This document shows, in pieces, positions 59,367 to 64,000 of a stretch of DNA of 64,000 nt (positions are counted from its first letter, which is position 1; every line of letters starts with the position of its first letter). The DNA comes from Candidatus Poseidoniales archaeon (lineage in GTDB: Archaea; Thermoplasmatota; Poseidoniia; Poseidoniales; Poseidoniaceae): contig JAYQSB010000003.1 of the NCBI GenBank assembly GCA_038146705.1, positions 2,968 to 66,967 on the forward strand, written 5' to 3'. The notes beneath the pieces were generated by a model. It was given only the letters and a program-made list of their open reading frames with translations, ran no database searches and was not told the origin of the DNA. A program made the translations under genes and the position numbers.

Positions 59367-59417
59367 AAGCGATGTGAGATGCTAACTGCATTTGAGTTTT
59401 GAGGGTCGTCGTGTTCC

Positions 59418-60536
59418 TCAAATACCCCAATATCGTTCTGACTGAGACTGCTTCGCTCGTAGTGTTCGTACAACGGTCATTGTCATCCATAAGATGACAA
59501 CCCAGATGATTGGTTGTGTAAAATCATCGAGAATGACTGAAACACTGAATTCATATCCTTGTTCTCGAAGAAGTTGGTCTGCAATGGTCAGTGCTGCATT
59601 CAAGAATGAATAGACGACCACGCCAAAAACGCTCAAAACAACCAAACGCCCTGAAAATGAACCTCTCTTTAAACGCAGAAGCATGAATCCTGCAGTTGAC
59701 GTAAGGAAGGCAATAATAATCCAAGCGAGTGATGAATGAACTACATTGAGCCATAGAACACTGGAGATTTCATCGCCTTTGAGCAGCGAGTATTCTCTCC
59801 AACCCTCTGCAACGGCGAAGATGGCACTGAAGAGGGTGGCCGTCCATAGAAGTGAAGAAAACATTGCAGCATCGGCGTTTTCACGCATTTCTTGAATTAC
59901 ACGATTCACCGTAGACTCCAAACCCGCACCTTTGCTGATAATGTAGAGGCCAAGGAGAAGAGGGAGGGCACCGATGACAATACCACCAACCTCGTCTGGT
60001 AGCATGATGCCTAATCCAATAATCGCAGTAATGATACCGAATGGAATCATGAATTTTGCTCGCCACTTCGGGTCCTCGAGAGCCTTTACGATGTAATAGT
60101 ACGTACCTTCTATACCCTTGGATTGTTTAACAATAATTTTCTGAACATGGTCAATGCGAACTTGAGATTGGATGATTGGAAGGACGCTTTCATCTTCTGC
60201 GCCATCGGTAACGAGGATGGCTTCATCTGGTTGGAATGCCGCTACGACTTCTTCGAGTTGGGCTGCGATTGCTCTGTCTGAACGCACGCCGACTTTTTCA
60301 TCTCCAGTCAAAATCGCAATTTCGACATCGTCATCGTCGTTTTTGGATTCACTGAGGGCATCGTGTTGTGAAAGGGCTCCCAAAATTGCGTTTGTATCGC
60401 TTTCTTCGGGATCTGCGATTCCTAATTTCAGTGCTGCAGTCAACACTTGTCTTCGGCCAACAACAGGGCCACGAATCGAGGTCTTAATGCCCAAATCATT
60501 ATCCCTATCGACAGTTAGAACCAAGGTTCTGGTCAT
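59418..60536 (-). CDS. DUF373-family archaeal membrane protein
   Basis: The N-terminal soluble domain (LVLTVDRDNDLG...ADPEESDTNAILGAL) and C-terminal multi-TM region match my recollection of DUF373. Confidence 0.7.
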   Translation of the reverse strand: MTRTLVLTVDRDNDLGIKTSIRGPVVGRRQVLTAALKLGIADPEESDTNAILGALSQHDALSESKNDDDDVEIAILTGDEKVGVRSDRAIAAQLEEVVAAFQPDEAILVTDGAEDESVLPIIQSQVRIDHVQKIIVKQSKGIEGTYYYIVKALEDPKWRAKFMIPFGIITAIIGLGIMLPDEVGGIVIGALPLLLGLYIISKGAGLESTVNRVIQEMRENADAAMFSSLLWTATLFSAIFAVAEGWREYSLLKGDEISSVLWLNVVHSSLAWIIIAFLTSTAGFMLLRLKRGSFSGRLVVLSVFGVVVYSFLNAALTIADQLLREQGYEFSVSVILDDFTQPIIWVVILWMTMTVVRTLRAKQSQSERYWGI

Positions 60537-60612
60537 GCTTCAACGCCCCGCTTGGTGTAGCCAAACCACTTCTTTCATTCAAACCCTTGTGTACTTTGAA
60601 CGTTTGCGGATA

Positions 60613-62187
60613 TTAGTTTGCTGCTGCTTTTTCTCTGCGTCTGATAACTGCTGCATCATCTTGGCCAGCCGGAGGGTCAATCCATTCTTCATCTCCTGGC
60701 AACACCAAATCAGCTCCAATATTGACTAATCGAAGCGCAAGATTCTGTTGGGTTGAAATGAGACGGTCCCAATCTGTAGAATCGTTGTTCCATGCTTTCC
60801 ATTGTGACATACGTCGAGTTGATTGAACAAACCTTGCATACAATTTCATGTGTGCTTTTGCGGTAAGTGGCCAAAAGAAAAAGAAAAACAAGAAAATACC
60901 AAATGAAGGTAACGTAATCACATATTTTAGGACGGCGTTCTCAGAGAGGAATACAAAAATTGGACTCGCATCATCTTGGAGCAACCACGCCATCGTCACA
61001 GACATGGCAGCCCACCATAATGGAAACATAAACATCGCTGATAATACCTTGATACTCCCCTGAAGAGCGTCATCAATTCTTGCTTTTTTCGTAAACCATT
61101 CAAGAAAACCTTGGAATTTGTATGGCACATAATTCCCAACCATTGCACCCCACGTAACAAGGCCAAACATCCAAACAACCGACCACAACCACAAAGCTAT
61201 GATTCGAAAGAGCCCCAAAAAATCCAACTGTTTCGGACGTGCATCGACATCGTATGGTGTGAGGTGAAGACGTTCAAGATGACGAAAATGTTCCTCACAT
61301 TCGCTTGCAAGAGTTTGTGTTCTTTCCGGTTCGTGCTGCATCATGTATTCCCAACCTGCACGTAGTCGCCGTGCTCCAAGTATTGATTCAGCATAGGATA
61401 GTCGTGTGATAGAGTCACCGGATTGACGTTGTTTTTCAGCATAAACAACACTCCTTCCTTTCCAAATAAGTCTTCTTTCTTCCCAGGAGGTTTTTGACAA
61501 ATTCGCCCGTTTTAGTTCAGTTTCAATTGCAGCGGTCACCACATCAATCCACAGTTGTTCTTGTTCCGGTTGTCCAGGTAATTCGGGAAGGTCCATTGGT
61601 CGTTCGAGGACGATCGCCGCTCGTTCGCGGAACCGACTAGAATCAGAGTAATGTAAACCAATTGGAATGATTCTTGGTTCTGGACGCCCCATATCTTTCG
61701 AGATTTTTAGAGCCTGAAGCATGATTCTTGCAGCGCCAGAACGTATTTTTTGCACACTTGCCAAGCCGTGAGTTGTCTCCTCTGGAAACATCAAAACTTG
61801 ACTTCCTTCTGCGATTTCGTGAGCCATTTGTTTCAATATTTTATCATATTTTGAAACGGAATTCAAAAGACTATCTTGCTTTCTCGGCGTTTCGAGTGAA
61901 ACAACGCCGGCCATTCGAAAAAAGAAACCGATGAAAGGGATTCGAAACAATGAATTTTGTACGAGCGTCGTCAACTTTCCATGTAATCTCGATGTCATCA
62001 CCATTGGGTCAATCAATCCATTTGGGTGCCATGTGATGAACAAGACGCCTCTGTCATCTGTTTGTTCGTTGTCCACCACATCGACTTCTCGAAACCAAAT
62101 GTTCGTTAAGAATCGAAAAAATAAACGGAAAAAACGGTATGCTAGGGGGACATTGTCATGCGGTGATGGGGCAGTGTCACCCTCCAT
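60613..62187 (-). CDS. PlsC/GPAT-like glycerolipid acyltransferase with C-terminal TM domain
   Basis: WHPNGLIDP is a variant of the HX4D acyltransferase motif. MFPEETTHG is FPEGT-like and IPIGLHY is present. There are 3-4 hydrophobic helices in the C-terminal third. Confidence 0.7.
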   Translation of the reverse strand: MEGDTAPSPHDNVPLAYRFFRLFFRFLTNIWFREVDVVDNEQTDDRGVLFITWHPNGLIDPMVMTSRLHGKLTTLVQNSLFRIPFIGFFFRMAGVVSLETPRKQDSLLNSVSKYDKILKQMAHEIAEGSQVLMFPEETTHGLASVQKIRSGAARIMLQALKISKDMGRPEPRIIPIGLHYSDSSRFRERAAIVLERPMDLPELPGQPEQEQLWIDVVTAAIETELKRANLSKTSWEERRLIWKGRSVVYAEKQRQSGDSITRLSYAESILGARRLRAGWEYMMQHEPERTQTLASECEEHFRHLERLHLTPYDVDARPKQLDFLGLFRIIALWLWSVVWMFGLVTWGAMVGNYVPYKFQGFLEWFTKKARIDDALQGSIKVLSAMFMFPLWWAAMSVTMAWLLQDDASPIFVFLSENAVLKYVITLPSFGIFLFFFFFWPLTAKAHMKLYARFVQSTRRMSQWKAWNNDSTDWDRLISTQQNLALRLVNIGADLVLPGDEEWIDPPAGQDDAAVIRRREKAAAN

Positions 62188-62223
62188 AGATTAGGATGAG
62201 AGGGTTCCTTATTATGACCATCC

Positions 62224-63435
62224 CTATTCCATCTTTTCAGTATTTATTTTGTGATCACTACTCGCAGATTCCGGAACAACGGGTGTTGATCTAGACCTCC
62301 ATCGTTGTGCAGCACGGATATACTTCAAAGGATGGTCCATCCACGGTTGATCGCACGTCCGATTATCACCTGGAAGAACTGGACAATTGTGATTCACTTT
62401 CAATTTTCCACAACCAGCAGGTGTGTATTCGTTAGCGTACACATGATCAACCTGATATGCAGTCGTCGCCTCGGAAAAGTCCGGAGCTCCTCTAAAAAAA
62501 TCCACCGTAGCTTCCTTTGCAAGCGACAGTGTTGAAGCCATTGATGCAAGGAAGAGTCTTCCAAAGTGATTAACGTTAACGCCCATTCCCAAATCTTGGA
62601 TGATTTTTTGCATACATGGTGGCCAATCCTCTTGATGAGCATCATTCATTGACAAGAATTCAGAGGCTTTGGTTGACAACAATTGCTGAACCATCGCAAC
62701 TGGTTCTGCAAGGCGCACTGCTAGTTCTGTTGTTACTTCGGGAACCTTTGCCAATGCAGTAGTTTCGATGTCATGCTTGATTCTTTCCCGTAAAAGTCGT
62801 GATAATTTTTCTGAGGAAGAATATGTTTTTTCTTGATGGAGAGTAATCCAACCTTTGTCAATTTCTACATTTGGTAATCTCCATCTCGGACCCGTGATTT
62901 TTGGACAAACTTCGATAAAATCAATCAGACCAATTTTCCATGTCGAAGATTGTGATGGGGCAGCGGCCATGTACCCATATCTTGCTTGAGTTTGCAGGCT
63001 TGCAGCCTCCACCTTTTGAATTGAGGAGAAATAGGTATTCGCAACAATTTCTAAATTCTTCTCATCTTGACAAAGAAGTTTTTCTGCCCTTGTAGCTTCG
63101 GCTTGCGCCCATCTTGAGATCAATCGTTCATCCTCAGAAGCGCAAACGACAAGTCTCGCATAATAGAACGAAAAGGCTTCGATGACTCTTCCCTCTTCGG
63201 TATGAATGTCTCCAGCACTGATTTGAACGCCGTCCTTCGACTCGATGGTATCAACAAGTCGCCCTCTCGCTCTTTTCCTTGCGTCTGCCATCATCGTTCC
63301 TTCGAGGAGTTCATCAAGGTCAATACCATGTTTCGATGCGAGTTGTGCGATAAATGCGCTCGCTTGAGGGAGGAATGGATAACGTGCCAATGTCACCTCT
63401 TGCTCCACAACGGGCGGAGTCTCGGGCACTGGCAT
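62224..63435 (-). CDS. priL: DNA primase large subunit PriL
   Basis: LARYPFLPQASAFI lies near the N-terminus. The C-terminal Fe-S cysteines are in WPPCMQKI and AGCGKLKVNHNCPVLPGDNRTC. The start was re-picked at MPVPETPP (63435). Confidence 0.8.
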   Translation of the reverse strand: MPVPETPPVVEQEVTLARYPFLPQASAFIAQLASKHGIDLDELLEGTMMADARKRARGRLVDTIESKDGVQISAGDIHTEEGRVIEAFSFYYARLVVCASEDERLISRWAQAEATRAEKLLCQDEKNLEIVANTYFSSIQKVEAASLQTQARYGYMAAAPSQSSTWKIGLIDFIEVCPKITGPRWRLPNVEIDKGWITLHQEKTYSSSEKLSRLLRERIKHDIETTALAKVPEVTTELAVRLAEPVAMVQQLLSTKASEFLSMNDAHQEDWPPCMQKIIQDLGMGVNVNHFGRLFLASMASTLSLAKEATVDFFRGAPDFSEATTAYQVDHVYANEYTPAGCGKLKVNHNCPVLPGDNRTCDQPWMDHPLKYIRAAQRWRSRSTPVVPESASSDHKINTEKME

Positions 63436-63512
63436 GTTTACCTCACATCTCTCACAGATTATCAACTTCAGGATAGGGGTTGTTTTGAAAAATACAACCC
63501 TAAGCCATAAGC

Positions 63513-64000
63513 ATGAGCCAACCTTCATTCGAATCACTTCGTCTTGTTCAAGACAAAGTTCGGAAACACTTTGGCTGGTCATTAGAGGCCGATATGCGAA
63601 GTGTAACGTCCATGGCTTCGATTTTTTGCGGTCCAAATCCATATGGCAACAATCAATGGAGCCCGGCGAACCGAGCATTGACACTAAACACACTTCAAGA
63701 CCGCATAATGGCTTCACAAGAACTCATTTTTGTAGGTGCAGCAGTTGAATCAAAGGAAATCCCCAAGGTTAAGCCGAACGGAACGGAATACATAGCCGCA
63801 GATGGGGCTGTAGGTGCTTTCACAGGCAAAGTTGCTCCACTCTGTGTCGTCTCAGACTTCGATGGACAACCATATCTTGAAGAGGCAATGAAGCACAATA
63901 TTCCCCTTGTGTTGCATGCACACGGCGACAATATTGATTTGTGGAAACATTCGTTTGAAACATGGGCGGCTTCATCGCATTCGCCACCCATTGTTCTCAC
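63513..64000 (+). CDS. MptE-like 6-hydroxymethylpterin diphosphokinase (DUF115), 3' end outside the window
   Basis: This comes from my own translation from the ATG at 63513. The frame stays open to the window end and is not in the ORF track. The sequence reads MSQPSFESLRLVQDKV...IAADGAVGAF...CVVSDFDG...LVLHAHGDNIDLW. The SDxDG and HAHGDN motifs are typical of archaeal MptE. Confidence 0.65.
   Translation, partial: MSQPSFESLRLVQDKVRKHFGWSLEADMRSVTSMASIFCGPNPYGNNQWSPANRALTLNTLQDRIMASQELIFVGAAVESKEIPKVKPNGTEYIAADGAVGAFTGKVAPLCVVSDFDGQPYLEEAMKHNIPLVLHAHGDNIDLWKHSFETWAASSHSPPIVL

Noticed and set aside
60172-60729. A 185-aa plus-strand ORF overlapping the DUF373 gene and the acyltransferase 3' end
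   Set aside because: It is Ser-rich low-complexity sequence that spans two well-supported minus-strand genes and their intergenic region.
63436-63717. A 94-aa N-terminal extension of PriL in the ORF track
   Set aside because: The extension is Cys/Leu-rich with no similarity to PriL. The conserved ARYPF region follows the internal Met at 63435, and the extension would consume the divergent promoter region.
63434-64000. Track ORFs 63434..63748 (+) and 63695..64000 (-)
   Set aside because: They conflict with the re-picked priL start (63435) and with the MptE-like frame from 63513, which carries family motifs.
1-64000. Search for CRISPR arrays, rRNA or tRNA genes, transposases, integrases, and toxin-antitoxin pairs
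   Set aside because: Reading the intergenic regions and the ORF track, I saw no regularly spaced repeats, cloverleaf-compatible segments, DDE or tyrosine-recombinase-like ORFs, or small paired ORFs. This was a by-eye scan only and should be confirmed with tRNAscan-SE, Infernal and CRISPR finders.

Overview
This window is a densely packed archaeal chromosomal segment of about 60 CDS. The archaeal assignment rests on TFB, topoisomerase VI A and B, primase large subunit PriL, archaeal-type phosphopantothenate synthetase, an MptE-like pterin kinase and DUF373. Gene content suggests a marine planktonic heterotrophic Thermoplasmatota or Euryarchaeota (MGII/III-like), but the taxon is inference only. 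That content includes a giant CARDB-like surface protein, a bacterial-type PlsC-like acyltransferase, the pst phosphate system, and central-carbon enzymes (PEPCK, fumarase, an aconitase-family enzyme and an ICDH/IPMDH-family enzyme). I saw no rRNA, tRNA, CRISPR array, transposase or integrase. Most of the window is housekeeping: nadC, the CoA pathway, gcvH, rnhA, galU-like, top6AB, hflX, fumC, aquaporin, M28 peptidase, asparaginase, cyclophilin, glutathione peroxidase, pstSCAB-phoU, pckA and PGM/PMM. The strongest candidate for a novel system is a 3.8-kb low-GC two-gene island at 3430-7280, lying between the surface-protein gene and xthA. It holds an HNH (His-Me finger) nuclease-like gene convergent with a beta-class N4/N6 DNA methyltransferase. 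That methyltransferase carries an uncharacterised N-terminal extension of about 600 aa with a zinc ribbon, and its ATG overlaps the xthA stop codon. Secondary points of interest follow. An orphan gamma-class N6-adenine methyltransferase sits behind a tandem pair of TerB-like genes. A translationally coupled three-gene operon of unknowns lies at 12.2-14.0 kb. There is a 1267-aa polytopic membrane protein. The aconitase-family enzyme has a permuted (LeuD-LeuC order) domain arrangement. A GC-rich structured intergenic element follows pstS, and the divergent pst promoter region carries repeats and a hairpin. Start codons were re-picked by eye in several cases and remain uncertain. All family calls come from motif recognition, not database searches.
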